Shown piece by piece: positions 21,115-32,484 of a DNA stretch of 64,000 nucleotides; position 1 is the first letter of the stretch, and each line of letters starts with the position of its first letter. The stretch comes from an uncultured Gammaproteobacteria bacterium (lineage in GTDB: Bacteria; Pseudomonadota; Gammaproteobacteria; GCA-001735895). The stretch spans positions 7,766-71,765 of the forward strand of contig CAJXUC010000007.1 of NCBI GenBank assembly GCA_913061315.1, written 5' to 3'. A model generated the notes under the pieces. That model saw only the letters and a list, made by a program, of their open reading frames with translations. It ran no database searches and was not told the origin of the DNA. The position numbers and the translations under genes are program-made.

Positions 21115-21394
21115 AATAGTTGCGCCTAATCCTCTGCGCTAAACTGGACTTTAGCCAATAGCCAATCACTCAAGACGAAATCCATTATTCAAAAAACTAT
21201 TTAAAAACAGACCTGATCGGATCAATTACTAGCGTTTTAAAGCTTCAAGCCTTTTAAAGCGCTTGTTTTAGTCTGGCCAGACTATCATCTTTCGTTATCT
21301 AACTTGACGTAATTTTACTAGTATTACTGCTTATTTTTTGAAACGCTACCTCTATTGCGCTGTGAGAAAAACCAAAAAATCAAACAGAGAAAGC

Positions 21395-22261
<867 letters not shown>

Positions 22262-22375
22262 TTATGCCAGATTTAGGCGAAAATGGCCAGGTTATACAAG
22301 ATGCACGCAAGCTTTATTGGATCACAGGATGCAAATGCACTAAAACGACGTCGATAGCGTGCATGCCATGAGCTA

Positions 22376-22918
22376 CTATAAAGGTTTTTTGACTTGCTCA
22401 TCAAGTGGCATCTCAGGTGAATATCGAAACGATTTAGCGACCATCGCCTGGTATGAAAACCAAAGCAAACTAACCAGCCCCCAACCCAAACCAACCGAGA
22501 CCCCTACATCTAATATACCACGCCAGGGTTGACCAAGTTGTTGATAGATTAAAATTAAAACCATAACTCCCAAAAGCAGTCCATAAGCCACTATAATGCG
22601 CTTTCGGGTGGTATGGAAATATCCCATACAAAATAATGGTGCCAAAAGCACATGTAATAGCTTTGGGTGATTAAGCAAGTGCCTTGCCCTGGCGGCAACT
22701 CTCGGCGCAAAAGCTAATTGGAAACCTCGGTAACCCTCGCTGTAAGCCATAAATAGCGTGTTAGCAATCAATACCAACCAATGATACCAATGAAGATCCG
22801 TCTCAAATGCCGTCATTGCCATACCGAAAAGTCGGTACACCGCAAACAAAATCAACAGGCAGACCCCACTAATACCCCAAGCTGCGCCAAAGCGCCCCAG
22901 CAGTTTCATACTTTCCAT
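22376..22918 (-). CDS. Hypothetical inner-membrane protein (4-5 TM)
   Basis: Hydrophobic 180-aa ORF immediately upstream of kdsA; family not recognised. Confidence 0.45.
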   Translation of the reverse strand: MESMKLLGRFGAAWGISGVCLLILFAVYRLFGMAMTAFETDLHWYHWLVLIANTLFMAYSEGYRGFQLAFAPRVAARARHLLNHPKLLHVLLAPLFCMGYFHTTRKRIIVAYGLLLGVMVLILIYQQLGQPWRGILDVGVSVGLGWGLVSLLWFSYQAMVAKSFRYSPEMPLDEQVKKPL

Positions 22919-23091
22919 CCAATTATCATTTGGTTATACATTAACGAATATACATTGGTCGAAGTTCTAGACTATAAAATGAAGTTAATTTATAGATTAT
23001 ACAGTGACTCTAACAATACCTGATAGTCTCTTCACGAGGCTATTAACAGTTTTTTATAGATAGGAAGTTTGCTATTGCGCTATGGTGATAG

Positions 23092-24009
23092 TTAATCCGA
23101 TATCACGACTTTTTCATCTGATAACTTTGCCTGTTTTCGAACAAAAATAAATAAACCGCTAGATGCAATTACAGCCGCTCCAATCCAGGTCGTCAAAACT
23201 GGAATTTCATCCCAAAACAAATAACCAACAATAGCGGCAAATATCATTGCCATATACTCAAACGGTGCCAGCAAGCTAGCTTCAGCATAACGAAACGAGA
23301 TAGTCAGTAACCATTGCTGTGCCGCACAGATCACCCCAAAAACACAGAAAAACAGTAAATCCTCACCGCGAGGTAAAACTCCACCAATGACCAAAACCCA
23401 AATAACGCAGACTACAGCGCCTGTACTATTATAATAGAGCCCAATTGTGACTGACTTTTCAGTTTGGCTTAAGCGGCGCAGCCAAATAGCCACTAGAGCA
23501 CCCGTTATCGCCGAAGCAATACCTGCAGCGACACCAATACTCCATCCTGAGCCACCAGGTTGAGCAATCAGACACACACCGACAAAGCCAACAAAGATAG
23601 CTAACCAACGGCGCAGACCAATGGTCTCTTTAAGTAAAAATACTGACAATAGTGCTATAAAAATGGGCGCTGAGTAAGACAAGGCAGTAGCATCGGCTAT
23701 TGGAATTGTAGACACTGAAAAAAACATTAATGACAGACTTGTTATACCGCTAACGGTCCGAATCGCATGTCCCAAGGGCCGGCTTGTTGATAACCCAGAC
23801 AGCCCAATAGTCGACAGTAGCAACACCCAAAAAAAAAGTGCCGCAAACATAAATCGGAACATGAGTATTTCACCCAACGGATAATTATTAGACAAAGCTT
23901 TAACCGATGCGCTGATTAAGGCCATTAATATCATACTGCCTATAAACGTCACAATGCCAAGTATAGGATGATCTTGTCGTTGAGATAATACGGGTGGTTC
24001 GTTTGTCAT
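23092..24009 (-). CDS. DMT-superfamily (EamA-like) transporter
   Basis: 10-TM topology with two EamA repeats; 305 aa. Confidence 0.8.
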   Translation of the reverse strand: MTNEPPVLSQRQDHPILGIVTFIGSMILMALISASVKALSNNYPLGEILMFRFMFAALFFWVLLLSTIGLSGLSTSRPLGHAIRTVSGITSLSLMFFSVSTIPIADATALSYSAPIFIALLSVFLLKETIGLRRWLAIFVGFVGVCLIAQPGGSGWSIGVAAGIASAITGALVAIWLRRLSQTEKSVTIGLYYNSTGAVVCVIWVLVIGGVLPRGEDLLFFCVFGVICAAQQWLLTISFRYAEASLLAPFEYMAMIFAAIVGYLFWDEIPVLTTWIGAAVIASSGLFIFVRKQAKLSDEKVVISD

Positions 24010-24159
24010 TGGATGTCAGTCGTCACTGTTAATTCAAGTAAAGTAACAAAACTGGATAAGACTAGTGCAATCAATATTTATTGGCAAATCAATTAAAGCA
24101 TCATACTATTAAAATCTACCTTACCTAAAAAACACCCTATTGGTGTTGGAGTTGGATCA

Positions 24160-25227
24160 ATGCTTAAAATTAAAACCACTTGTGTCGGGGCTTATCCAAA
24201 ACCTGAATATGTACCCATTATCGACTGGTTTGATAAGAGTGAAGGCGACCAGGATATGACGTCAACTCGAGCGACTCAAAGCTATGAAGAGCGCTTGGCT
24301 GAAGCGGGTGAAGAAGCAGAAGCGCTGTTTGTTTGCGCAGCTAAAGAAGTCATTGCCGATCAAATTGAATGTGGTATCGACATTCCGACCGATGGTGAGG
24401 TACGCCGTGAAAATTACATTCACTATCACTGCCGACATTTTGATGGCATCGAATTTGATAACCTCACTCGTGTACTGGCACGTGATGGCGCTGCTTATAT
24501 GGAATTACCCACCATAACGGACGATATTAAGGCCCAACCAGAGCATTTCTTACCACATGACTTCAAAACCGCACAAGCTAACTCTGACCACCCAATTAAA
24601 ATTACCATACCTGGCCCAATCACGATCGCAGACACCACTGCTAATCAGCACTATGGCGACAAAAAAGCACTGTGTATGGACCTTGCAAAAGCGATTAATT
24701 ATGAGGTCCGTGCATTGTCTGATGCAGGTTGTCGTTATATCCAAATCGACGAACCCTTATTTGCTCGGAACCCTAATGACGCCCTTTCTTATGGCATTGA
24801 AAATCTTGAACGTTGCTTTCACGGTATAGGTAAACACACAACCGCAGTTATGCACATGTGTTGTGGATACCCAAACTTTCTTGATGAAGAGGATTATCAA
24901 AAGGCTGAAAGAACAACCTATTTTGACTTGGCTGACAATCTAGATGACTCAATTATTCAACAGATATCAATCGAAGATGCCCATCAACACAACGACCTAA
25001 AACTACTTGAACGCTTTGCTAAAAGCACCATCATATTTGGCAGTTTCGCTGTAGCCAATAGTCAGGTAGAGAGTGCCGAAGAAATCCGTGATCGGCTTCG
25101 AGCCGCTCTCAATTATATTGACATTGAGCGTTTGATAGCGGCCCCAGATTGTGGGTTGGGGTTATTAGGAAGAGACCTTGCTATGTTAAAACTAAAAAAT
25201 ATGTGCGAAGCAGCGAAAAATCTTTAG
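24160..25227 (+). CDS. Cobalamin-independent methionine synthase (MetE) C-terminal-domain-like zinc thiol methyltransferase (core-MetE)
   Basis: 355 aa. IQIDEP substrate motif and the zinc-ligand contexts HMCCGYP (His, Cys) and APDCGLGLL (Cys), as in MetE/YxjG-type single-domain enzymes. Confidence 0.7.
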   Translation: MLKIKTTCVGAYPKPEYVPIIDWFDKSEGDQDMTSTRATQSYEERLAEAGEEAEALFVCAAKEVIADQIECGIDIPTDGEVRRENYIHYHCRHFDGIEFDNLTRVLARDGAAYMELPTITDDIKAQPEHFLPHDFKTAQANSDHPIKITIPGPITIADTTANQHYGDKKALCMDLAKAINYEVRALSDAGCRYIQIDEPLFARNPNDALSYGIENLERCFHGIGKHTTAVMHMCCGYPNFLDEEDYQKAERTTYFDLADNLDDSIIQQISIEDAHQHNDLKLLERFAKSTIIFGSFAVANSQVESAEEIRDRLRAALNYIDIERLIAAPDCGLGLLGRDLAMLKLKNMCEAAKNL

Positions 25228-25328
25228 CCGAATTAAATACTAATCCAATAAAACCCTCGAATGGTGGACTTGCCATTCGTGGATATTTTAAGTGCAAACT
25301 CTGAAATAGAACCCAAGTCAGATAAACC

Positions 25329-26672
25329 TTAGCTCCAAGGAAATGGGCTACTTGATACGGGATGTAATTTACCCTCGGCATAACGTGAGTAACGGAAAGG
25401 CTCAAGCAAAGTGCTTTTCTTACCACAAATTTCTTCCGCGACCAGTTTACCAACACCCAGCATTTTATAACCGTGATTTGAATCGGCAATCATATAACAG
25501 TTTTCACGGAACACGTCGAATACAGGAAAGCTATCAGGGGTAAATGACCCAATACCGCCAGAGGCTTCATTTTTATAGAATTCAAATTGGCCTTCGAAAC
25601 GCTTTTGGCAATGAGCTAAAGCCGACGTCCACATGTGAGCAAAATCTTCACCCACGATAAAATCAGGAGAGTCAACACCATAAGGGTCCACTGCCACTTT
25701 ATCAGCATCAGTCTCGATTGCATAAGGTGCAGCACCGCCCTGAATACCACCAAAATGAAAGTCTGGTTTATAGTAAATACCCCACATTTTATCAGTAATG
25801 AGTGAACCATCATGATTTGAATACAAAGGCTCGTTACTATCGACGTGAATAACGGGCGGGAATTTACCGTTATTGGTTTTTTGCAAATCGGGATCAACAC
25901 CCAACGTCCCTTCTTGTAACGACCAGTAAACCCACATTGGAATATCGCTATGAATTTGACCATCTGCCGCTTTGATATTAACGTTCTTCGGCAGTTCAAG
26001 CATATCCCAAATAGTTTTAGCCCAGGGACCTGCACCTATAACAACCATTTCACAGTCGATATCACCTTTATCAGTTTCAACGGTTTTAATCGCCCCCCCC
26101 GCTGAGTCACTCTTGAAGCCTGTGACCATGCATCCTGATAAAATTTGAACACCTTCGTTTTCGGCTTTTGTTGCCAGTGCATAAATAGCTTTGGTGTTAT
26201 TAGCATAACCACCACGTTTTTCATGCAGTACTGAGGTAATGCCTGTTGCCTGCCAGTCATGGAATAACGCTTTCATATAGTCAGAGGATTCTTTTTCGCC
26301 TTCAATAAAAGTCGACTCATAACCAATATCTTTTTGTTGCTGCGCTATCGTGGCAACGTCAGCATGCATACTTTCAGGACTAATTTGCATATAACCAACC
26401 GGATGGTAGCTATAGGCCTCTGGATCCGTTTCCCAAACACCGACACTATGTGCCATTAATTCACGCATGGCGGGCTGAAAATAATTATTCCGTACAACAC
26501 CGCAGGCAATGCCAGACGCACCAGCAGCAATACCCCCTTTATCTATTACTAGAATGTGGCGCCCGTCTCCCTTGCCTTCAGATTTCAGTTGCAGTGCCAA
26601 ATGGTAGGCAGTGCTGAGTCCATGAATTCCGGCGCCTACAATAAGATATTTAACGTGCGATGGTATAGCCAA
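25329..26672 (-). CDS. FAD-dependent oxidoreductase (DAO family; resembles sarcosine/opine oxidase beta)
   Basis: Rossmann dinucleotide motif LIVGAGIHGLSTAYHLA at the N-terminus; 447 aa; DAO-family layout. Confidence 0.8.
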   Translation of the reverse strand: MAIPSHVKYLIVGAGIHGLSTAYHLALQLKSEGKGDGRHILVIDKGGIAAGASGIACGVVRNNYFQPAMRELMAHSVGVWETDPEAYSYHPVGYMQISPESMHADVATIAQQQKDIGYESTFIEGEKESSDYMKALFHDWQATGITSVLHEKRGGYANNTKAIYALATKAENEGVQILSGCMVTGFKSDSAGGAIKTVETDKGDIDCEMVVIGAGPWAKTIWDMLELPKNVNIKAADGQIHSDIPMWVYWSLQEGTLGVDPDLQKTNNGKFPPVIHVDSNEPLYSNHDGSLITDKMWGIYYKPDFHFGGIQGGAAPYAIETDADKVAVDPYGVDSPDFIVGEDFAHMWTSALAHCQKRFEGQFEFYKNEASGGIGSFTPDSFPVFDVFRENCYMIADSNHGYKMLGVGKLVAEEICGKKSTLLEPFRYSRYAEGKLHPVSSSPFPWS

Positions 26673-27008
26673 TTCAATTCACCTAATTAATTTTTTAAAA
26701 GCTGTCCTTACTTCACTCAAAATGTAAAAAATATTAAAACAATAAAATTAGAATATCTGACATTGATAACATCAACTCAAGTCTAGAACGACCAATAGAA
26801 GGAAAATTTCGACTTACTTCATGGGGTGGTGATCGTTAGAGCTGAACTCTTTCTTTTTAATTAGATTCTTTGAGTAATAAATAATAAAACTCAATTTGAT
26901 GGAGCTAAATCAATGTCTATTTATACTAACATTAGCTTTGCATTAAAAGTGGATAAGCAATATCTCTAGAATTTCAAATGCTATTAAAGAATAGTGCTCT
27001 CCATTAAC

Positions 27009-27494
27009 TTAGCCTTTTAATTCTTTTTCCATAAACAGACTCAGCGGATCAGGTTGATAATCTCCATATAAGTCACACGGTTGATAACCCAGTCGATGAT
27101 ACAGCCCGATCGATTCTAATTGACTTGGACCTGTTTCTAGCCGACAGAGATTCGCACCTTGAACTTTTAATCGGTCTTCCAAGGCTGACATTATTACCTT
27201 TGCTGCACCCTTACCTCGATGTTCTGGGGGTACAAACAAATTTTTAATTTCCCCATAGGCTGGCATGACATCCATGAATTTTACCGCACCAATGCCCAAT
27301 AGCTGATCAACTTCTTGCCCATTAAGATGACTTTTTTGAAAGGCTCCAATGAAATAAACCTGTTCAGAAAGCAGGCTAGTCGTGTCGTCCTGATGCACAC
27401 TCTCTGGCGGGTAGAGCTCGTTTTGATAATCACGCGATTGTCGCAATAATGAATCAATAGCGTCAGTGAGTGTCCTAATACGTTTTATTTGCAT
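27009..27494 (-). CDS. GNAT-family N-acetyltransferase
   Basis: Acetyl-CoA binding motif (HRGKGAAKVIMSALEDRL); 161 aa. Confidence 0.8.
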   Translation of the reverse strand: MQIKRIRTLTDAIDSLLRQSRDYQNELYPPESVHQDDTTSLLSEQVYFIGAFQKSHLNGQEVDQLLGIGAVKFMDVMPAYGEIKNLFVPPEHRGKGAAKVIMSALEDRLKVQGANLCRLETGPSQLESIGLYHRLGYQPCDLYGDYQPDPLSLFMEKELKG

Positions 27495-27531
27495 AGCCTA
27501 TTTATCTTGCCTTGTTTTGCTCGACTTATTT

Positions 27532-28293
27532 CTAAAAGCGCAGCGATAGGCAACTTAGGCCGCCATCTAACTTACGAAATTCAGACACATCCAACTCAAT
27601 CACCTGATAGCCTAAGTTAGTAATCAGTTGACTGGTTTTGGGATAACCTGACGCAACCAAAACTCGATCATTTATCCAAACACAATTGGCAGCATAGGCT
27701 TCATCCGCATCAATTTCAATCCGATCAAAATCGGCAAATATTGCCTTGTTACACAGCTCTCCAGTAATCACTAACCGATTGTTTTCGAGATAAGAAACGG
27801 ATGACTTTAAATGCAGTGCCTCACTAAATGCGACCGTTGACCCACTGTAGCCATGCACTTTGAGTATTTCGATTAACTGCTCAGCACCCGCCTTATTGCT
27901 TCGCTCAGACAGGCCAATGTAAAAATGCTGTCCAACCATCATGATATCACCAGCATCCAGTGTGCCCGGCGCTTCAACTGCGTCAACTTGCTCATAAAAA
28001 GCTTGCAGCTCAATGGCCACCTTGTCGACTTCACCACGTCGTGCCGGTGCGCCTGGCCTCGTGGAGATTGCACAACTAGGCATCACAAGCGCTGCATCCT
28101 CTATAAATAATCCATCGGGATAATCTTCGTCAGCAGACATCACGGTCACATCTAGCCCACATAGTTCGAGGGCTTTTATATACTGGCCATGTTGTTTTAA
28201 CGCCAGCTCGTAATCAGGGGTACCCAATCCTGAGGTTGTAATACCGCCAACTAGACTTTTGCCCGGCTGACGAACTATTGCTCTGCTAAACAT
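27532..28293 (-). CDS. Amidinotransferase-superfamily hydrolase, dimethylarginine dimethylaminohydrolase (DDAH)-like
   Basis: 253 aa with the DDAH-like fold pattern; a candidate catalytic Cys sits near the C-terminus (LDGGLSCLSLRF). Confidence 0.65.
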   Translation of the reverse strand: MFSRAIVRQPGKSLVGGITTSGLGTPDYELALKQHGQYIKALELCGLDVTVMSADEDYPDGLFIEDAALVMPSCAISTRPGAPARRGEVDKVAIELQAFYEQVDAVEAPGTLDAGDIMMVGQHFYIGLSERSNKAGAEQLIEILKVHGYSGSTVAFSEALHLKSSVSYLENNRLVITGELCNKAIFADFDRIEIDADEAYAANCVWINDRVLVASGYPKTSQLITNLGYQVIELDVSEFRKLDGGLSCLSLRF

Positions 28294-28329
28294 ATTTGTT
28301 CTCCTTTAAGTTATTTTTAAAGATCCTTA

Positions 28330-29502
28330 TTAAGGATCTGACCAGTGAACGTCTACCGCAATTTCAATTCTTTTTACAGCCTCTTCAAGGAGGGACCGTG
28401 GGCAGCCAAAATTAAGCCTCAAGTAGTTATTATCTCCAAACTCATCACCCGCTGATAAACCAACTCCAGCTGCTTCAAAGAAAGCCTTCGGGTCAATTAG
28501 CTTCAACTCTGAGACGTCTATCCACGCGAGATAAGTGGCTTCTATTGGGTCAAGCTTCAAACCCCGTATTCGATTTATCTCAATGCTTAGATAATCCCTA
28601 TTGGCACGCAAATAATCAATCTGCTGGTTATTCCAATCATCACCATATTCATAAGCGGCTTGAGCCGCTGTCATACCCAACAAATTGAGATACGGTATTA
28701 TGCCTTTGCTGGCCTGACTAAACTTAAGCCGCATAGCTTCATCAGGGATAATTGCAAAAGAGCACGACAGACCCGCAATATTAAAAGTTTTACTTGGTGC
28801 CATTAACGTTATGCTTCGTTTCTCTATTGCTTTATTGAGAGACGCAATTGGAATATGCGGCATACCCGCTTCAAGTACTAAATCACAATGAATTTCATCC
28901 GAACAAACAATCAGGTCATTCGACACCATTAATTCAGCCAACGCTGATAATTCACTGACTGTATACACCGCACCGCCAGGATTATGCGGATTACAAAACA
29001 ACATCAATTGACTACTATTATCAATTTGTAACGCCAACTTTTCTAAGTCAATTACCCATCGCCGGTTGCTGCGAGTCATTACCATCAATTGGCTGTTACA
29101 CCCACTTAAGCCAGGCGCAGAATGGAAATAGGGGTAAGCAACAGATGGAATTAATACCGAATGAGTCGCATCACATAAACTACGGCAGGCAACGTGCATA
29201 CTACCCACAACGCCTGGCATCCATACTAGCCAACTCGGGTCTATCGCCCAATTATAAAGACGCTGCATTCGCTCAACAATTAATTCATTTAACCGAATGG
29301 GGGTATTGGTATAACCAAAAATACCGTGTGCAACCCGTCGCTGCAGCGCGTCGGTAATGGCTGGTGCAACCATAAAGTCAGTATCCGCAACCCAAAGAGG
29401 TAACACATCAACTTCACTATACAATGACCACTTACAACTATCGCTGTCTCGGCGGTCAACTAATAAATCAAAGTTAAAGAGTTGATTGTTCATATCGATC
29501 AC
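28330..29502 (-). CDS. MalY/PatB-family PLP-dependent C-S lyase / aminotransferase (class I/II fold)
   Basis: 390 aa; CNPHNPGG; PLP-lysine context MAPSKTFNIAGL. Confidence 0.75.
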   Translation of the reverse strand: MIDMNNQLFNFDLLVDRRDSDSCKWSLYSEVDVLPLWVADTDFMVAPAITDALQRRVAHGIFGYTNTPIRLNELIVERMQRLYNWAIDPSWLVWMPGVVGSMHVACRSLCDATHSVLIPSVAYPYFHSAPGLSGCNSQLMVMTRSNRRWVIDLEKLALQIDNSSQLMLFCNPHNPGGAVYTVSELSALAELMVSNDLIVCSDEIHCDLVLEAGMPHIPIASLNKAIEKRSITLMAPSKTFNIAGLSCSFAIIPDEAMRLKFSQASKGIIPYLNLLGMTAAQAAYEYGDDWNNQQIDYLRANRDYLSIEINRIRGLKLDPIEATYLAWIDVSELKLIDPKAFFEAAGVGLSAGDEFGDNNYLRLNFGCPRSLLEEAVKRIEIAVDVHWSDP

Positions 29503-29688
29503 AATTGAATGATGAGAGGGATAACGCCACGATTAGAGGCTTGAAGCGACAAGCCAAAACCAAAGCCAAACTGTTGTAAATTCTGCTTGGTATTGTATAG
29601 TCGATCAAGACAAAAGGCAGCACAGTTTTCTTGCTAGCCGATTGCTTGGTAGATACAGACATCTAAAAATCCTAGAGGAATACTTCAA

Positions 29689-30516
29689 ATGAGACTATTA
29701 AAACCCGTATTGGGTGCAGTGCTAGTCGGCTTGCTCTTAGTTAGTAATGCAAATGCTGGTGCCGTGCTCGATAAAATCATGTCCAGTAAAACTATTAAAA
29801 TAGCAACTGATGCCAACTGGCCACCACAGTCATTTATCAATGATAAAAACGAAATGGATGGTTTTGACGTAGACGTTGCACGTGAAATTGCTAAACGTCT
29901 GGATGCTAAGGTTGAATTTATTACGCCAAGCTGGGATATCATTACTGCAGGCAACTGGAATGGCCGTTGGGACATGCATGTTGGGTCAATGACACCAACC
30001 AAACAACGAGCTGAAGTTTTAGCTTTCCCTGCTGTTTATTATTACACTCCCGCTGCAGTAGCAGTGCATAAAAGCTCTAAAATCTCTAATGTTTCTGGCT
30101 TAAATGGAAAGAAGGTAGGAACAGGCACAGGTACAACGTTTGAACTTTATCTTCAACAATCATTAACAATAGATGCAGAAGGCGCACCTAAATTCGATTT
30201 TCAGATCGATAAGCCAACCATCAAATCATATGAAACTTCAGTTGTCGCTCTAGATGACCTTCGTCTTGGCGATGGTGTTCGTCTCGATGGTGTAGTTAGT
30301 AGCTTACCTGTTTTTCTTGAAGCAATAGAAAACGGCTACCCAATCAAGGTCATTGGTGATCCAATTTTCTATGAGCCACTGGCGGTTACTATCGATCTTG
30401 GCGATAGCGAACTTAACTCAAAAGTTGCCAGCATCGTTTCTGCAATGAGCTCTGATGGCGTATTGAAAAAATTATCAGTCAAGTGGTATGGAGTTGACTA
30501 CGCCACTGTCAAGTAA
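29689..30516 (+). CDS. Polar amino acid ABC transporter substrate-binding protein (family 3 SBP)
   Basis: Signal peptide; HisJ/ArtJ/OccT-like bilobal SBP; 275 aa. Confidence 0.8.
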   Translation: MRLLKPVLGAVLVGLLLVSNANAGAVLDKIMSSKTIKIATDANWPPQSFINDKNEMDGFDVDVAREIAKRLDAKVEFITPSWDIITAGNWNGRWDMHVGSMTPTKQRAEVLAFPAVYYYTPAAVAVHKSSKISNVSGLNGKKVGTGTGTTFELYLQQSLTIDAEGAPKFDFQIDKPTIKSYETSVVALDDLRLGDGVRLDGVVSSLPVFLEAIENGYPIKVIGDPIFYEPLAVTIDLGDSELNSKVASIVSAMSSDGVLKKLSVKWYGVDYATVK

Positions 30517-30549
30517 CTGAAAGACTTACCTGTTTAGCTTTTCTCTGAA

Positions 30550-30574
30550 CCCGGATATTACAATAATATCCGGG
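30550..30574 (+). terminator. Perfect 11-bp inverted repeat (CCCGGATATTA-caa-TAATATCCGGG) between the SBP and permease genes; intercistronic attenuator-like hairpin
   Basis: Perfect stem with a 3-nt loop, followed by a T-rich stretch (tctattt). Confidence 0.5.
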
Positions 30575-30629
30575 TCTATTTGAGGCAACCTGAATAGTCA
30601 CTAAAACTATTTTAAGGTAGGAGAAAATT

Positions 30630-31604
30630 TTGATTCAGGACACAGTAACTGACGAAGTACTGCTCAGAAAACCAAAATTTATAGCTTTTCTTTTCTCCAT
30701 TATATTACTTTGCTTTTTTATAATCGATCCGTCCCAGTCCATCATGGGAGAACTGCTTGAACCAGCCCTGGGTGATCCCGAAAAAAGTGGCATCTATGGC
30801 CATTTTATCACTTCATTTATGTTGTCCGCCCTTTTAGTATTAAACTTATTGGCAATCAGTTTTATACCCCGCTTTCGCTTTCAAGTTATTGTTGTCTGGG
30901 TACAACTATTAATTCTGTTTTTATCCTTCTTTTACAGCTTTGATCTTAGCTTCGTCTTTATTAGAAGTAAAATTTGGTTCATGATCACGCAAGGTATTTT
31001 CACCACCTTGTATGTTTCTGCTATCTCGATAGTCATCGCTTCTTTCATTGCCATCATCGGTGCCATTGCGAAAATGTCATCCAATGGTTTCGCTTTCGCC
31101 ATTGCTAGTTTCTATACTTCTTTTTTCCGCGGATTGCCTCTTTTGATGCAGGTTTACCTTATTTACCTAGGCCTGCCTCAAATTGGCTACGTAATTGACG
31201 CAGTTCCCGCTGGTATCATTGCATTGTCACTTTGTTACGGTGCCTATATGACCGAAATTTTTCGGGCTGGAATCATGAGCATTGATGCAGGTCAATGGGA
31301 AGGTTCACGTGCGCTTGGTTTCAAGTTTAGCCTCATTATGCGCAAGATAATTTTGCCACAATCTATTCCATTAATTATTCCTCCAACTGGAAATCAATTT
31401 ATTGCAATGCTCAAGGATAGTTCGTTGGTATCCGTTATCGGTGTATGGGAATTGATGTTTCTTGCCAGAACATTAGGCAATAAAACTTTTAACCATATGG
31501 AAATGCTCATCACCGCAGCCATGCTTTATTGGATGATGACTATGGTATTAGAGTTAATTCAGTCACGTATCGAACGTAAATACCAAAAACGACAGTCGAG
31601 ATAA
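30630..31604 (+). CDS. Polar amino acid ABC transporter permease (HisQ/M family) with an N-terminal extension of about 110 aa and 3 extra TM segments
   Basis: The core aligns to HisQ from about residue 118 (QGIFTTLYVSAISIV...); EAA-like loop present; TTG start with a strong SD (AGGAGA) 5 nt upstream. Confidence 0.8.
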   Translation: MIQDTVTDEVLLRKPKFIAFLFSIILLCFFIIDPSQSIMGELLEPALGDPEKSGIYGHFITSFMLSALLVLNLLAISFIPRFRFQVIVVWVQLLILFLSFFYSFDLSFVFIRSKIWFMITQGIFTTLYVSAISIVIASFIAIIGAIAKMSSNGFAFAIASFYTSFFRGLPLLMQVYLIYLGLPQIGYVIDAVPAGIIALSLCYGAYMTEIFRAGIMSIDAGQWEGSRALGFKFSLIMRKIILPQSIPLIIPPTGNQFIAMLKDSSLVSVIGVWELMFLARTLGNKTFNHMEMLITAAMLYWMMTMVLELIQSRIERKYQKRQSR

Positions 31605-31607
31605 GTC

Positions 31608-32369
31608 ATGTCTGAAGATAACCAAAATACCATTGGGCCAATTATTTCCATTAAGGACATGAATAAGTTTTATGATGATTTTCAAGCTTTAACTGACATT
31701 AACCTTGATGTTAACGTTGGTGAACGTATCGTTATTTGTGGACCATCTGGGTCAGGAAAGTCGACACTGATTAGATGTCTAAATCGTCTTGAGGCGCACC
31801 AATCGGGTTCGGTCAATGTGAACGGTGTTGAGTTACATCAGCACATGAAAAATATCGATAAGGTTCGTTCTGAAGTTGGTATGGTCTTTCAGCACTTTAA
31901 TCTTTTTCCCCATATGACTATCCTCGAGAATTGCACTGCAGGCCCAATGTGGGTTAACAACATGCCACCCTCAGATGCCCATGAAATGGCTATGAGTTAT
32001 TTAAATCGGGTTAAAATTCCCGAACAGGCCAATAAATATCCGGCACAGCTTTCTGGTGGGCAACAACAACGTGTCGCCATTGCACGTAGCCTATGCATGA
32101 ATCCAAAAGTTATGTTGTTCGATGAGCCAACTTCTGCACTTGATCCAGAAATGGTATCCGAAGTGCTTGACACAATGACCGACCTAGCCGAAAGTGGAAT
32201 GACCATGATTTGCGTCACACACGAAATGGGCTTCGCTAAACGAGTGGCTGACAGGGTTATATTTATGGATGAAGGAAAAATTATCGAGTCGAACGATCCG
32301 ATAGCATTTTTCGAAAACCCTCAATCAGATCGAACCAAAAAATTTCTCAGCCAGGTTCTCGTCCATTAA
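31608..32369 (+). CDS. Polar amino acid ABC transporter ATP-binding protein
   Basis: Walker [11 protein letters not shown]-loop, signature [13 protein letters not shown], Walker [12 protein letters not shown]. Confidence 0.9.
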   Translation: MSEDNQNTIGPIISIKDMNKFYDDFQALTDINLDVNVGERIVICGPSGSGKSTLIRCLNRLEAHQSGSVNVNGVELHQHMKNIDKVRSEVGMVFQHFNLFPHMTILENCTAGPMWVNNMPPSDAHEMAMSYLNRVKIPEQANKYPAQLSGGQQQRVAIARSLCMNPKVMLFDEPTSALDPEMVSEVLDTMTDLAESGMTMICVTHEMGFAKRVADRVIFMDEGKIIESNDPIAFFENPQSDRTKKFLSQVLVH

Positions 32370-32484
32370 CATTATTTATACTGCACCAAATAACTATCAG
32401 CCAATCGTTGATTTTCGGGAATCCTACCCAATATCTTACTTTTGAACTTTTAACCTGTCGCCCACGACATCTAGAGGCATAATT

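Noticed and set aside
26093-26100. C8 homopolymer (G8 on the coding strand) inside the FAD oxidoreductase gene, and a C9 tract at 55388-55396 inside fbaA, as possible phase-variation tracts
   Set aside because: Both encode conserved Gly runs (AGGAIK; QGGGIFF) in metabolic or housekeeping genes. Slipped-strand switching of essential fbaA is implausible. They are worth remembering only as potential sequencing-error hotspots.
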